Assembly: GCA_016870195.1 (NCBI GenBank)
Contig: VGCC01000008.1
Coordinates: forward strand, 1,449 to 65,448
DNA from: Actinomycetota bacterium
GTDB lineage: Bacteria; Actinomycetota; Actinomycetes; S36-B12
DNA length: 64,000 bases
Direction of reading: 5' to 3'
Part shown: in pieces, positions 29,593 to 40,228 of the stretch
How the letters are laid out: each line of letters starts with the position of its first letter
Position numbering within the stretch: the first letter of the stretch is position 1
Position numbers and translations under genes: made by a program
The notes under the pieces: generated by a model
Told to the model about the DNA's origin: nothing
Databases searched by the model: none
The model's input: the letters and a program-made list of their open reading frames with translations, nothing else

Positions 29593-31838
29593 CCATCGAC
29601 ACCGTCGACCGCGCGGAATCCTCCCCGGATGTGTCGCAGCCCTATGCCGATCTCGGATTGAAGGACGACGAGTACGCGCGCATTCACGAAATCCTCGGGC
29701 GTCGACCCACGTCGTCGGAGTTGGCGATGTATTCGGTGATGTGGAGTGAGCATTGCTCGTACAAGTCCTCGAAGGTGCACCTGCGTCTGTTCGGCGAGAA
29801 GAAGCCGGAGACCGACGCGCTGCTCGTCGGGATCGGGGAGAACGCGGGCGTGGTGGACATCGGTGACGGATGGGCGGTCACATTCAAGGTGGAGTCCCAT
29901 AACCACCCGTCGTACGTCGAGCCGTACCAGGGCGCTGCGACGGGAATCGGCGGGATCGTCCGCGACATCCTGTCGATGGGCGCGCGTCCGATCGCTGTCA
30001 TGGATCCCCTGCGGTTCGGTCCGCTCGACGCGCCGGACACCGCGCGTGTGCTGCCTGGCGTGGTTGCGGGCATCGGCGGCTATGGGAATTGCTTGGGATT
30101 GCCGAACATTGGCGGCGAGGTGATCTTCGACCCGTCCTACGCGGGGAACCCCTTGGTGAACGCCCTGTGTGTCGGGGCGATGCGCCACGAGGACATCCAC
30201 CTGGCGAGTGCCAAAGGTGTCGGCAACCTGGTGGTGTTGTACGGGGCGCGCACCGGTGGCGATGGCATCGGTGGAGTCTCGGTGTTGGCGTCGGAGACCT
30301 TCGATGCGGAGGGCTCGGCGAAGCGGCCCAGTGTCCAGGTCGGTGACCCGTTCATGGAGAAGTTGTTGATCGAGGCGACACTCGAGGTCCTGCACGCCGG
30401 ACTCGTCGAAGGGATCCAGGACCTCGGGGGCGCGGGTATCTCGTGCGCGACGAGTGAACTCGCATCCAACGGCGAGGGCGGGATGCACGTGTGGTTAGAC
30501 CGCGTCCTGCTGCGTGATCCGACCCTGTCCCCCGAAGAGATCCTGATGAGCGAATCGCAGGAGCGGATGTGCGCGATCGTGCGCCCCGATCGCATCAACG
30601 ATTTCTTGGCGCGCTGCGCGAAGTGGGAGGTGGAGGCCGTGGTCATCGGTGAGGTCACCGACTCCGGCCGTCTCACCATCGATTGGCACGGAGAGCGCAT
30701 CGTGGATGTGCCTCCGCGCACGGTGGCGCACGAGGGCCCCGTGTACCAACGACCCTTCGCGCGCCCGAGTTCCCAGGACGCGCTCCAGGCCGATGGTCCG
30801 GGAAGGCTCGCACGCCCGTCGACCCCTGAGGAGATTCGCGCGGCAGTGCTGGCGTTGGTCGGTTCGGCGAATCTCGCGTCGAAGTCCTGGGTGACCAGCC
30901 AGTACGACCGGTACGTGCTCGGGAACACCGTGCTGGCCCAACCCGAAGACTCCGGCATGGTGCGCGTCGATGAAGTCACGGGTCGTGGTGTTGCGGTGTC
31001 CACGGACTGCAATGGTCGCTTCGCGAAACTGGATCCCTATGCGGGTGCGCAGTTGGCGTTGGCGGAGTCCTACCGCAATGTCTCCGTCACAGGCGCAACA
31101 CCGCTCGCGGTCACAAACTGCCTCAACTTCGGCTCCCCCGAGGATCCGGGGGTGATGTGGCAATTCGCTGAAGCTGTGCGCGGACTCGCGGACGGCTGCC
31201 TGGAACTAGGCATCCCCGTCACCGGTGGAAATGTCTCGTTCTACAACCAGACCGGCGACGTTGCGATCCTGCCCACACCCGTCGTCGGCGTTTTAGGTGT
31301 GATCGATGACGTGACCCGCCGGACTCCGATGTCGTGGAGGAATGCGGGGGACTCGATCTACCTGCTGGGAGACACCCGAGACGAGTTCGGCGGTAGCGAG
31401 TGGGCTCACCTGCAGGGACACCTCGGTGGCGTTCCCCCGCGCGTGGACCTCGGACAGGAACGTGCACTGAGTCGTGTCCTGGTGGACGGATCGCAGTCCG
31501 GAGTCATCCGTGCCGCGCACGATGTGTCCGACGGGGGAGTGGCGCAGGCTCTCGTCGAGATGGCGCTGCGCTCCGGTACCGGGGCTGATGTATCCATCCC
31601 CGAGTCGATCGAGCCGTTCGTGTTCTGTTGCAGTGAGAGTGCCGCTCGAGCGATCATCGTCATCCGGCCGGATCAGGAATCGGCATTGCTCGCGCTCTGC
31701 AATGACTCGGCCGTGCCCGTCATGCGCATTGGCACCGTGACAACGGACGCACACCTCACCTTCGGATCGTTCGGATTCCCCCTCGATGAGTTGCGCCGCG
31801 TCCACGAGTCGCCCATCCCGGCGGCACTGGCGGGGTGA
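29589..31838 (+). CDS. purL: phosphoribosylformylglycinamidine synthase subunit PurL
   Basis: 749 aa with [17 protein letters not shown] and QVGDPF signatures. Confidence 0.95.
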   Translation: MTIDTVDRAESSPDVSQPYADLGLKDDEYARIHEILGRRPTSSELAMYSVMWSEHCSYKSSKVHLRLFGEKKPETDALLVGIGENAGVVDIGDGWAVTFKVESHNHPSYVEPYQGAATGIGGIVRDILSMGARPIAVMDPLRFGPLDAPDTARVLPGVVAGIGGYGNCLGLPNIGGEVIFDPSYAGNPLVNALCVGAMRHEDIHLASAKGVGNLVVLYGARTGGDGIGGVSVLASETFDAEGSAKRPSVQVGDPFMEKLLIEATLEVLHAGLVEGIQDLGGAGISCATSELASNGEGGMHVWLDRVLLRDPTLSPEEILMSESQERMCAIVRPDRINDFLARCAKWEVEAVVIGEVTDSGRLTIDWHGERIVDVPPRTVAHEGPVYQRPFARPSSQDALQADGPGRLARPSTPEEIRAAVLALVGSANLASKSWVTSQYDRYVLGNTVLAQPEDSGMVRVDEVTGRGVAVSTDCNGRFAKLDPYAGAQLALAESYRNVSVTGATPLAVTNCLNFGSPEDPGVMWQFAEAVRGLADGCLELGIPVTGGNVSFYNQTGDVAILPTPVVGVLGVIDDVTRRTPMSWRNAGDSIYLLGDTRDEFGGSEWAHLQGHLGGVPPRVDLGQERALSRVLVDGSQSGVIRAAHDVSDGGVAQALVEMALRSGTGADVSIPESIEPFVFCCSESAARAIIVIRPDQESALLALCNDSAVPVMRIGTVTTDAHLTFGSFGFPLDELRRVHESPIPAALAG

Positions 31839-32170
31839 CCATGGAGGAGGTGCGCTCCCTCCTGGCCGAGTGGGAGGGGGCACCGCGCGAGCGGATTCGC
31901 GATGCGGTTCTCACCACTCTCGATGTCCTGTCCGCGATCGCCCCCGGGCGCAGTGTCGAGGTGCGGATCCCGCCCTACGCCGCGATCCAGGTGGTGGCCG
32001 GGCCCACCCACAAGCGCGGAACCCCGCCAGCCGTGGTGGAGGCGGATCCGCGAACCTGGCTGGAACTCTGCGTCGGGGACCTGGACTGGGCGGCCGCGGT
32101 CGCGACCGGACGGGTCCGGGCCAGCGGAGAGCGCTCTGACCTCGGTCCCCTCCTGCCGCTCGTGGTGTGA
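31835..32170 (+). CDS. sterol-carrier (SCP2-like) family protein
   Basis: 111 aa, coupled to the purL stop. The sequence resembles the small SCP-family protein that commonly follows purL in actinobacteria (recollection, not a search). Confidence 0.65.
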   Translation: MTMEEVRSLLAEWEGAPRERIRDAVLTTLDVLSAIAPGRSVEVRIPPYAAIQVVAGPTHKRGTPPAVVEADPRTWLELCVGDLDWAAAVATGRVRASGERSDLGPLLPLVV

Positions 32171-32207
32171 GCGGCTGTCGCCGGACTTGCCCTCCGGGCC
32201 AGGTTTG

Positions 32208-32227
32208 CTTAGGATTACCTAAGTTAG
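32208..32227. promoter_or_regulatory. DtxR/IdeR-type iron-box-like palindrome upstream of efeU
   Basis: CTTAGG-ATTA-CCTAAG is a perfect 6-4-6 inverted repeat at 32208..32223. The 19-mer TTAGGATTACCTAAGTTAG matches TWAGGTWAGSCTWACCTWA at 13 of 19 positions (hand alignment). It lies 25-45 nt upstream of the efeU ATG. Confidence 0.4.
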
Positions 32228-32251
32228 GTTCCCCTCACTTCAGGAGTCACC

Positions 32252-33142
32252 ATGTTCGCCAGCTTCCTCATCGGCCTACGCGAAGGATTGGAAGCCGCCC
32301 TCATCGTGGCGATCCTGGTCGCCTACCTGGTGCGGACCAGCAACGGTCACGCCCTCTCCCGGATGTGGATGGGCGTGGGGGCCGCCATCGGACTGTCCAT
32401 CCTTTTGGGCCTCGGGCTCACCTTCGTTGAGGACAGCCTCACCGACACCACCGCAAAGGTGTTCGCCGGCGTCACCTCGCTCCTGGCCGTCGGACTGATC
32501 ACCTGGATGATCTTCTGGATGGCGCTGAACGCACGCACCATCAAGGCGCACCTCCACGGGGAGATGGACCGAGCGCTGAAGACCAGCGCGGTCGCCGTGT
32601 CGATGGTCGCGTTCTTCGCCGTGGTCCGTGAGGGCCTGGAGACCGCGATCTTCCTCTGGGTCGGTATCCGCGCAACGGGAGATGCGTTGACCTCGGTCAT
32701 CGGAGCACTCCTCGGTCTCGCCGTTGCCGTGGTCCTCGGGTTCTTCATGTACAAGGGAGCGGTGCGGCTCAACCTGACCGCCCTGTTCACCTGGACCGGT
32801 GCCCTCTTGGTCATCGTCGCCGGAGGCATCCTCCGCTACGCGATCCACGAGTTCCAGGAGGTCGGCTGGCTGCCCGGCATGGACAACATCGCCATCGACG
32901 TCAGCGGAACCATCTCCCCCGACGGAGTGGCCGGCACCCTGCTGCGCGGCCTGCTGAGCCTCTCGCCCACCATGTCGTGGTTCGAGGTCATCGCGTGGCT
33001 GCTGTTCGTGATCCCGGTGCTGATCGCCTTCTTCCTCGTCGTGGGGCGCAAGTCCGCTCGACCCGCGCAGGCGGAGCAGCCGGTATCCGCCCCCAAAGAG
33101 ACGGTGTCGAAACACATCCGTGACCTTGGCCGGAGGGTCTGA
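32252..33142 (+). CDS. efeU: FTR1/EfeU-family high-affinity iron permease
   Basis: Seven predicted TM helices with two REGLE motifs (GLREGLEAALI, VVREGLETAIF). Confidence 0.85.
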   Translation: MFASFLIGLREGLEAALIVAILVAYLVRTSNGHALSRMWMGVGAAIGLSILLGLGLTFVEDSLTDTTAKVFAGVTSLLAVGLITWMIFWMALNARTIKAHLHGEMDRALKTSAVAVSMVAFFAVVREGLETAIFLWVGIRATGDALTSVIGALLGLAVAVVLGFFMYKGAVRLNLTALFTWTGALLVIVAGGILRYAIHEFQEVGWLPGMDNIAIDVSGTISPDGVAGTLLRGLLSLSPTMSWFEVIAWLLFVIPVLIAFFLVVGRKSARPAQAEQPVSAPKETVSKHIRDLGRRV

Positions 33143-33199
33143 ACCTCAACGCGCGGATACAGTGCGGGGCACTCCCTAGGAAAGGCCCGAGATAGCCCC

Positions 33200-34243
33200 A
33201 TGACGTCGGTTGCGATCCGCATTCGCGGACTCAGGCGCACCTTCGGGGACGTCGTCGCCGTGGACGACGTCGACATCGATGTCATGGACGGAGAGTTCTT
33301 GACCCTCCTGGGGCCGTCGGGGTCGGGGAAGACCACCGTGCTGCGCATGATTGCCGGATTCGAGCGGCCCGACGCAGGGACCATCGAACTCGCCGGGGTC
33401 GACGTCACCGAGATGCCGCCCTACGCCCGAGATGTGAATACGGTGTTCCAGGACTACGCGCTCTTCCCCCATATGACCGTGATCCAGAACGTCGAATACG
33501 GGCTGATGGTGAAGAAGGTGCCCAAGGCCGAGCGGCAACAGCGTGCGCTGGCCGCGTTGGAGTCGGTTCGTCTGGCCGGCTACGAGCGACGGCGGCCGTC
33601 TCAGCTCTCAGGTGGTCAACGCCAGAGGGTTGCTCTCGCGCGCGCCCTGGTCAACCGTCCCCAAGTGCTACTCCTCGACGAACCCTTGGGTGCCCTGGAC
33701 CTCAAGTTGCGGGAGCAGATGCAGGTGGAGCTCAAGGAGATCCAGCGTGAGGTGGGCATCACCTTCGTCTTCGTGACACACGACCAGGACGAGGCGCTCA
33801 CGATGTCCGATCGCATAGCGGTCTTCAACGAGGGACGGATTGCGCAGATCGGCACGCCGATGGAGATCTACGAGCACCCCGGATCGCCGTTCGTCGCCGG
33901 GTTCGTCGGAACCTCAAACCTGCTCACCGAGGAAGCCGCCCGCGCGGTCCTTGGTCGCGGTGGGGTCTGGTCGGTCCGGCCGGAGAAGATCCAGGTGGCG
34001 CGGGGGACCGTGGAGCCCGCACCGCATCAACATGCGGTGCAAGGGCGTATCCGCGAGGTCGTTTACGTCGGCATGAGCACGCGCTTCCTGGTGGATCTCA
34101 CCGTGGGCGGGCAGTTGATGGTGGTGGAGCAGAACTCGGATGCCGGTGCCACCGAGCGACATGCCATGCGGGGTCAGGACGTGACCCTGCTCTGGGATTC
34201 CGATCACGAGTACCAGGTGTCCTCGTCATCGGATGGGCGATGA
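33200..34243 (+). CDS. ABC transporter ATP-binding protein (PotA/spermidine-putrescine type)
   Basis: Walker A GPSGSGKTT, signature LSGGQRQRV, Walker B LLLDEP, and a C-terminal TOBE-like domain. Confidence 0.9.
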   Translation: MTSVAIRIRGLRRTFGDVVAVDDVDIDVMDGEFLTLLGPSGSGKTTVLRMIAGFERPDAGTIELAGVDVTEMPPYARDVNTVFQDYALFPHMTVIQNVEYGLMVKKVPKAERQQRALAALESVRLAGYERRRPSQLSGGQRQRVALARALVNRPQVLLLDEPLGALDLKLREQMQVELKEIQREVGITFVFVTHDQDEALTMSDRIAVFNEGRIAQIGTPMEIYEHPGSPFVAGFVGTSNLLTEEAARAVLGRGGVWSVRPEKIQVARGTVEPAPHQHAVQGRIREVVYVGMSTRFLVDLTVGGQLMVVEQNSDAGATERHAMRGQDVTLLWDSDHEYQVSSSSDGR

Positions 34244-34278
34244 AGGCACCCGCGTTCATCGAATCGATAAAGAGGAGG

Positions 34279-35478
34279 ATGCAGGTGCAGAAGAAGCGTC
34301 TGCTCACAATCGTTGCCGCCGCGTCGGCGTCAGCGATGCTCGTCGCCGCCTGCGGTGGCGACTCGGCCAGTTCCGGGGGCGCAGCTGCTCCCGAAGCCGC
34401 CGTCTACGAGGGCCCGGTGGGTGATGGCGAGGGAGAGCTGAACATCCTCGCGTGGCCCGGCTACGCCGAGAACGGGACCACCAGCCCCGATGTGGACTGG
34501 GTGACGCCGTTCACCGAGGCCACCGGATGCAAGGCGAACGTCAAGGTGTTCGGCACCTCCGATGAAGCTGTGAAGTTGATGCAGGGTGGCGGCTGGGACG
34601 TGGTGTCTGCGTCCGGCGACGCCTCACTGCGTCTGATCTACGGGGACAACGTGCAGCCGGTCAACATGGAACTGACACCGAACTACGCCGATGTCTTCGA
34701 GGGTCTGAAGAAGCAGCAGTGGAACTCGGTGAATGGTCAGGCCTACGGCATGCCCCACGGTCGCGGCGCCAACCTGCTGATGTACAACACCGAGCAGGTC
34801 TCCCCCGCCCCCGATTCCTGGTCGGTCGTGTTCGAAGGCGACACCCCGCTCGCGGGCAAGGTCAGTGCCTACGACTCGCCGATTGCGATCGCGGATGCTG
34901 CGGTCTACCTGATGGCCACCAAGCCGGAACTCGGCATCACCTACCCCTACGCCCTCGACAAGGATCAGTTCGCCGCGGCGATCGCCCTGCTCGAGCAGCA
35001 GAAGGGTGTCGTGGGCGAGTACTGGAATGACTACCTGAAGCAGATGGCGGCCTTCACCGAGGGCACGACCCTGGCAAGCACCACCTGGCAGGTCGTCGCC
35101 AACGCCCTGCAGGGAGAGGGGGTCAAGGTCGATGCAGTCAAGCCCAAGGAGGGTGCGACCGGCTGGTCCGACACGTGGATGATCGCGAAGGACACGCCGA
35201 ACATCAACTGCGCCTACAAGTGGCTCGACTGGATCGCGTCACCGGAGATCAATGCCCAGGCCGCCGAGTACTTCGGTGAGGCCCCGGCCAACTCCAAGGC
35301 GTGCGCGCTGACGGCGAACAAGGATCACTGTGCGATCTTCCACGCCGATCAGCAGGACTACTGGAACGACGTCTACTACTGGAACACGCCGACCACCGCC
35401 TGTCTGGATGGCCGCACCGATGTCGAGTGCGTCCCGTACAGCGAGTGGGGCACTGCGTGGACCGCTCTCCGGAGCTAG
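34279..35478 (+). CDS. ABC transporter substrate-binding lipoprotein (polyamine/PotD-PotF-like)
   Basis: Lipobox LVAACGG after a hydrophobic signal. AGAGGAGG at 34271..34278 favours a start at ATG 34279 or GTG 34285 over the ORF-track start at 34240. Confidence 0.85.
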   Translation: MQVQKKRLLTIVAAASASAMLVAACGGDSASSGGAAAPEAAVYEGPVGDGEGELNILAWPGYAENGTTSPDVDWVTPFTEATGCKANVKVFGTSDEAVKLMQGGGWDVVSASGDASLRLIYGDNVQPVNMELTPNYADVFEGLKKQQWNSVNGQAYGMPHGRGANLLMYNTEQVSPAPDSWSVVFEGDTPLAGKVSAYDSPIAIADAAVYLMATKPELGITYPYALDKDQFAAAIALLEQQKGVVGEYWNDYLKQMAAFTEGTTLASTTWQVVANALQGEGVKVDAVKPKEGATGWSDTWMIAKDTPNINCAYKWLDWIASPEINAQAAEYFGEAPANSKACALTANKDHCAIFHADQQDYWNDVYYWNTPTTACLDGRTDVECVPYSEWGTAWTALRS

Positions 35479-35491
35479 TAGGTAGTCACGA

Positions 35492-36361
35492 GTGACGACC
35501 ACGACCGCCACCCATCGGGGCTTCTGGTACAGGCACCCGAAGCTCCAGCTCGCGGGCCTGCTCAGTGCCCCGATGGCGTGGCTGGTCGTGGTCTACCTCG
35601 GTTCCCTCCTCGCGCTCTTCCTGACTGCCTTCTGGCAGGTCAACGACTTCACCAGCCAGGTCGAGCGCACGTTCACATTCCGCAACTTCCAAGAGGTCTT
35701 CACCAATCCGGCCTACTACGGCACGGTGTTTCGCACGGTGTCGATTGCTTTGCTCACCACGCTCATCTGCATTGTTATCGCAGTCCCGCTGGCCTTCTTC
35801 ATGGCCCGTGTTGTGCGACCTCGCTACCAGGCAGTGATGATCGCGATGATCCTCACGCCCCTCTGGGCGTCCTATCTGGTGAAGGTGTATGCATGGCGCG
35901 CGATGTTGCAGCCGGAGAGTGGGGTGATCGCATGGTTCCTCCAGCCGTTCGGAATCGGTGGCCCTGGTTACGGATTCATCGGCATCGTGATCACCCTGAG
36001 TTATCTGTGGCTCCCCTACATGGTGCTGCCCATCTACACGGCCTTCAGCCGATTGCCGAATTCGATGCTGGACGCCTCCGCCGACCTCGGTGCGAGGAAC
36101 GGACGCACGTTCCGTAGCGTCGTTTTCCCGATCGTCTTCCCCTCGATCGTCGCCGGCTCGATCTTCACGTTCTCTCTGAGCCTCGGTGACTACATCACCG
36201 CGCAGATCGTTGGTGGCAAGTTGCTGATGTTGGGCAACGTGGTCCAGCAGACCTATGTCACCAACCTGCCTTTCGCCGCAGCGGTCTCCATGATCCCGGT
36301 GGTCATCGTGCTCGCGTACCTATTCGCGGTGCGCCGGTCCGGAGCATTGGACAACCTCTGA
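35492..36361 (+). CDS. ABC transporter permease (PotB-like)
   Basis: 289 aa, six TM helices, EAA-type loop (DASADLGARNGRTFRSV). Confidence 0.9.
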   Translation: MTTTTATHRGFWYRHPKLQLAGLLSAPMAWLVVVYLGSLLALFLTAFWQVNDFTSQVERTFTFRNFQEVFTNPAYYGTVFRTVSIALLTTLICIVIAVPLAFFMARVVRPRYQAVMIAMILTPLWASYLVKVYAWRAMLQPESGVIAWFLQPFGIGGPGYGFIGIVITLSYLWLPYMVLPIYTAFSRLPNSMLDASADLGARNGRTFRSVVFPIVFPSIVAGSIFTFSLSLGDYITAQIVGGKLLMLGNVVQQTYVTNLPFAAAVSMIPVVIVLAYLFAVRRSGALDNL

Positions 36362-37170
36362 TGCAACTGACCCGCACTTCCAAGGTGCTGCTGACGGCCT
36401 TCGCAGTGGTTGCCTTCTCCTTCGTCTACATCCCCCTCGGTGTCATCCTCATCAACTCCTTCAGCGTGAACAAGTCTCTCGCGTGGCCACCGCGGGGATT
36501 CACCACGGAATGGTGGGGACGCGCCATCGACAACGAGGGTGTGCGCGAGGCTCTCCTGACCTCCGTCGTGCTCGGCCTGCTCGCCACGGCGGTTGCTCTC
36601 GTGCTGGGGACCCTCACCGCCTTCGCGCTCGGCCGGTTCACATTCTTCGGTCGGGAGTCCATCTCACTTCTGGTGATCTTGCCCATCGCCCTCCCGGGCA
36701 TCGTGACCGGTATCGCGCTCAACAACGTGTTCACGTCGTTCCTGGGTGGTCTGACTTTCCTCACCCTCGTCGTGGCCCACGGAACGTTCTGCATCGTGAT
36801 CGTCTACAACAACGCCCTCGCCCGCATCCGGCGCATGGGGCGCAGTCTCGAGGAGGCGTCGGCAGACCTGGGCGCCCGTGGCTGGACCACGTTCCGTCGG
36901 GTCACCTTCCCGATGATGAGGTCCGCGCTGATCGCAGGGGCGGTACTCGCCTTCGGGCTGTCCTTCGACGAGATCATCGTCACGACCTTCACCGCGGGGC
37001 CGGGTATCACGACCCTGCCGATCTGGATCTACCAGAACCTGTTCCGCCCCAATCAGGCCCCGGTGGTCAACGTCGTAGCGGCGGTCCTCGTCCTGATCAG
37101 CATCCTGCCGGTCTACGTCGCGCAGAAACTGTCCGGTAGCGAGAGCGAGCGCGGTGGGGGATTGATCTAG
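36361..37170 (+). CDS. ABC transporter permease (PotC-like)
   Basis: 269 aa, six TM helices, EAA-type loop (EEASADLGARGWTTFRRV). The start abuts the previous stop. Confidence 0.9.
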   Translation: MQLTRTSKVLLTAFAVVAFSFVYIPLGVILINSFSVNKSLAWPPRGFTTEWWGRAIDNEGVREALLTSVVLGLLATAVALVLGTLTAFALGRFTFFGRESISLLVILPIALPGIVTGIALNNVFTSFLGGLTFLTLVVAHGTFCIVIVYNNALARIRRMGRSLEEASADLGARGWTTFRRVTFPMMRSALIAGAVLAFGLSFDEIIVTTFTAGPGITTLPIWIYQNLFRPNQAPVVNVVAAVLVLISILPVYVAQKLSGSESERGGGLI

Positions 37171-37190
37171 TCCTCACGTAGGGTTGAGGG

Positions 37191-38717
37191 GTGCCACGCG
37201 GTGACGGTCGCCTGACGCACGAACTCCTCCCCGGTGAGCGCGGTCCGCAGGATGCGTGCGGTGTCTTCGGAGTCTGGGCACCGGGCGACGAGGTCGCGAA
37301 ACTCACCTACTTCGGCCTGTACGCGCTGCAGCATCGCGGGCAGGAATCAGCCGGAATCGCGGTCAGCGACGGCTCGCGGATCGTGGTTTACAAGGACATG
37401 GGCCTGGTGTCGCAGGTGTTCACCGAGGCGAGTCTGGAGTCGCTGCGCGGCCATGTTGCCATTGGACACACCCGATACTCAACCACGGGTGCCAGCGTGT
37501 GGGAGAACGCCCAACCCACGTTCCGCACCACGGCGACCGGGCATCTCGCCCTCGGACACAACGGAAACCTGACCAACACCGTGGACCTCATCTCCCGCCT
37601 GCGCGCGCGCGTGGAGGCCTCGGGAGAGCCGCCGTTCAACGCGGGATTGCACGCCACCACCGACACCGAGGTGATCTCGGGCCTCCTGGCCTCACACCCG
37701 GATATCCCTTTGGAGCAGGCGGCGTTACTGGAATTGCCAAACTTGCGTGGTGCGTTCTCCCTGGTCTTCATGGATGATGACTCGCTCTACGCGGCGCGCG
37801 ACCCTCAGGGCATCCGTCCGCTGGTGCTCGGCCGGATCGAGCGCGGCTGGGTGATCGCCAGCGAGACCGCGGCACTCGACATCGTCGGCGCGTCCTTCAT
37901 CCGCGAGGTGGAACCGGGTGAGCTCGTCGTCATCGACGCGCAGGGACTTCGAGCCCACCGGTACGCAGAGGCCGAGCCCAAGGGCTGCCTGTTCGAGTAC
38001 GTGTACCTTGCCCGGCCGGATACATCGATTGCGGGCCGTTCGGTGCAAGCGACCCGCGTCGACATCGGCAAGCGGCTGGCACGTGAGCACCCGGTGGATG
38101 CGGATCTGGTGATCCCGGTGCCGGAGTCCGGTCGCTACGCCGCCATCGGATATGCCCAGGAATCCGGGATCCCGTTCGCCGAGGGACTCGTGAAGAATGC
38201 CTACGTCGGACGCACCTTCATCCAGCCCTCGCAGACGATCCGGCAACTCGGTATCCGACTGAAGCTCAATCCCCTGCGCGAGGTGATCGCCGGGCAGCGG
38301 CTCGTGGTGGTCGACGATTCCATCGTGCGCGGTAACACCCAGCGGGCCCTCGTGCGGATGCTGCGCGAGGCCGGTGCGCGCGAGGTGCATGTTCGGATCT
38401 CGAGTCCGCCGGTGAAGTGGCCGTGCTTCTACGGCATCGACTTCGCGACCCGTGCCGAGCTGATCGCGAACGGTCTGACCATCGAGGAGATCTGCTCGTC
38501 GATCGGGGCGGACTCTCTGGCCTACGTCGAACTCGACCAACTCGTCGACGCCACCACACTGCCCGCTTCGCGACTATGTCGGGCCTGCTTTGACGGGGAG
38601 TACCCGGTTCCCCTGCCAGAGGAGGATCAACTCGGCAAGAACCTGCTTGAGGGAATCGAGCGCCGCGTGGTGGAGCAGGCGGGGGGCGGCGCGACGGATG
38701 CGCTGAGCCGACCATGA
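37191..38717 (+). CDS. purF: amidophosphoribosyltransferase
   Basis: Propeptide followed by CGVFGVW (N-terminal nucleophile Cys), the PRPP motif VVVDDSIVRGNT, and C-terminal Cys ligands. Confidence 0.95.
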   Translation: MPRGDGRLTHELLPGERGPQDACGVFGVWAPGDEVAKLTYFGLYALQHRGQESAGIAVSDGSRIVVYKDMGLVSQVFTEASLESLRGHVAIGHTRYSTTGASVWENAQPTFRTTATGHLALGHNGNLTNTVDLISRLRARVEASGEPPFNAGLHATTDTEVISGLLASHPDIPLEQAALLELPNLRGAFSLVFMDDDSLYAARDPQGIRPLVLGRIERGWVIASETAALDIVGASFIREVEPGELVVIDAQGLRAHRYAEAEPKGCLFEYVYLARPDTSIAGRSVQATRVDIGKRLAREHPVDADLVIPVPESGRYAAIGYAQESGIPFAEGLVKNAYVGRTFIQPSQTIRQLGIRLKLNPLREVIAGQRLVVVDDSIVRGNTQRALVRMLREAGAREVHVRISSPPVKWPCFYGIDFATRAELIANGLTIEEICSSIGADSLAYVELDQLVDATTLPASRLCRACFDGEYPVPLPEEDQLGKNLLEGIERRVVEQAGGGATDALSRP

Positions 38718-39799
38718 CCGACTACGCCGCCGCGGGTGTCGACGTCGATGCGGGGGAGCGTGCCGTTGCGCTGATGCGTGAGTCGATCCGCGCCACGCAG
38801 CGGCCCGAGGTGATCGGTGACATCGGTGGCTTCGCGGGTCTCTTTGATATCTCCAAGGCACGATCGATGTCACGTCCGGTGCTTGCCACGTCGACGGATG
38901 GAGTGGGAACGAAGATCGCGGTCGCTCGCGCGATGGATGTCCATCACACCATCGGAATCGATCTGGTGGCGATGGTGATCGACGATCTCGTCGTCTGCGG
39001 TGCGGAGCCGCTGTTCATGACGGACTACATCGCCACCGGCGCCGTGGATCCCGCACGGATTGCGCGCATCGTCGCGGGGATCGCGGAAGGGTGCATGCAG
39101 GCTGGGTGCACGCTCATCGGGGGCGAGACCGCCGAGCATCCCGGATTGATGGCGCCCGACGAGTACGACATCGCCGGTGCGGGCGTGGGCATCGTCGATG
39201 CCGATGCGATGCTCGGGCCTGCCCGGGTGCAATCGGGTGATGCCGTCATTGCGATGGGTTCCTCAGGACTGCATTCGAATGGATACTCCCTCGCCCGCAT
39301 GGTCTTGCTCGGTGGGAATGGCCCAGGGCTCGACGGCCGTGTGCCGGAGTTCTCACGCAGCGTAGGTGAGGAGCTGCTCGAGCCCACCCGCATCTACGCC
39401 CGCGACTGTCTGGAGCTCATGCGCGCATGCGATGTCCACGCTTTCAGTCACGTGACCGGAGGCGGAATCGCGGCCAACCTCGCCCGGGTGCTCCCCGAGT
39501 CACGTGCGGTGGACATTGACCGATCGACATGGACACCCCAGGGGATCTTCACCAGCATTGCTCGTATCGGTGACGTGGATCGCTCAGATATGGAGCAGGC
39601 GTTCAATATGGGAATCGGGATGATCGCCGTCGTGGCTCCCGGTGACGCAGAAGCAGCTTTTGATCTGCTCCAGGCGCGCGGAGTGAGCGCCTGGCAGTGC
39701 GGTGTCGTCAGGTCGCGAGCCTTGGATGACGTCGGCGATGCCACCGCCAAGGGTGGCACTGGGGGAGCGGTGATGCTCCGAGGGAAATTCGCGGGCTAA
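38714..39799 (+). CDS. purM: phosphoribosylformylglycinamidine cyclo-ligase (AIR synthase)
   Basis: 361 aa with YAAAGVDVDAG, STDGVGTK and DYIATG signatures. Coupled to purF. Confidence 0.95.
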   Translation: MTDYAAAGVDVDAGERAVALMRESIRATQRPEVIGDIGGFAGLFDISKARSMSRPVLATSTDGVGTKIAVARAMDVHHTIGIDLVAMVIDDLVVCGAEPLFMTDYIATGAVDPARIARIVAGIAEGCMQAGCTLIGGETAEHPGLMAPDEYDIAGAGVGIVDADAMLGPARVQSGDAVIAMGSSGLHSNGYSLARMVLLGGNGPGLDGRVPEFSRSVGEELLEPTRIYARDCLELMRACDVHAFSHVTGGGIAANLARVLPESRAVDIDRSTWTPQGIFTSIARIGDVDRSDMEQAFNMGIGMIAVVAPGDAEAAFDLLQARGVSAWQCGVVRSRALDDVGDATAKGGTGGAVMLRGKFAG

Positions 39800-39996
39800 C
39801 CCGCCTGGGACTCCTCGTCCTCGTCCAAGTACTTGGCGTAGGGGTCGTAGGGGTCGACCTCGTCCTCCTCGGGCTCCGGCTCCGACGGATGGCCGGACAA
39901 CTCGGCCTGGAGTCGCTCCAGGTCGGTTTGCGGTCCGCCGTACTTGAGAGCACGCGCAACCTTCGTCTGCTTGGCCTTAGCCCGGCCGCGCCCCAT
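39796..39996 (-). CDS. DUF3073 domain-containing protein
   Basis: MGRGRAKAKQTKVARALKYGGPQTDLERLQAEL plus an acidic tail. Convergent with purM, as in many actinobacteria. Confidence 0.8.
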   Translation of the reverse strand: MGRGRAKAKQTKVARALKYGGPQTDLERLQAELSGHPSEPEPEEDEVDPYDPYAKYLDEDEESQAG

Positions 39997-40228
39997 GGCT
40001 CGACCCCCTCATCCGGGATTCCCGGTGGTCTCTGAACGGTTCACGCCGCCGTGGCGGCGGGCTCCACATTACCCGTTGGGCCCGGGTCACGACAGGTGAG
40101 CCCCCGGTGGGGCCTGCCCCGGGGTCATGGAGGGGCGCCCCTTTCGTAGGCAAATGTGGGGATCCTGTTGCCGTGGCCGGTTGCGGATGGGAGGGTGTGG
40201 GGACGGTTCGAGCATGCGGGGAGGTGGC

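Noticed and set aside
40045-40144. GC-rich palindromes in the DUF3073/bldC intergenic region (GCCGCCGTGGCGGC and AGGGGCGCCCCT), considered as an sRNA, terminator or operator.
   Set aside because: The loops are too short for stable hairpins and there is no U-tail. Such palindromes are frequent by chance at this GC content. I cannot assign a function.
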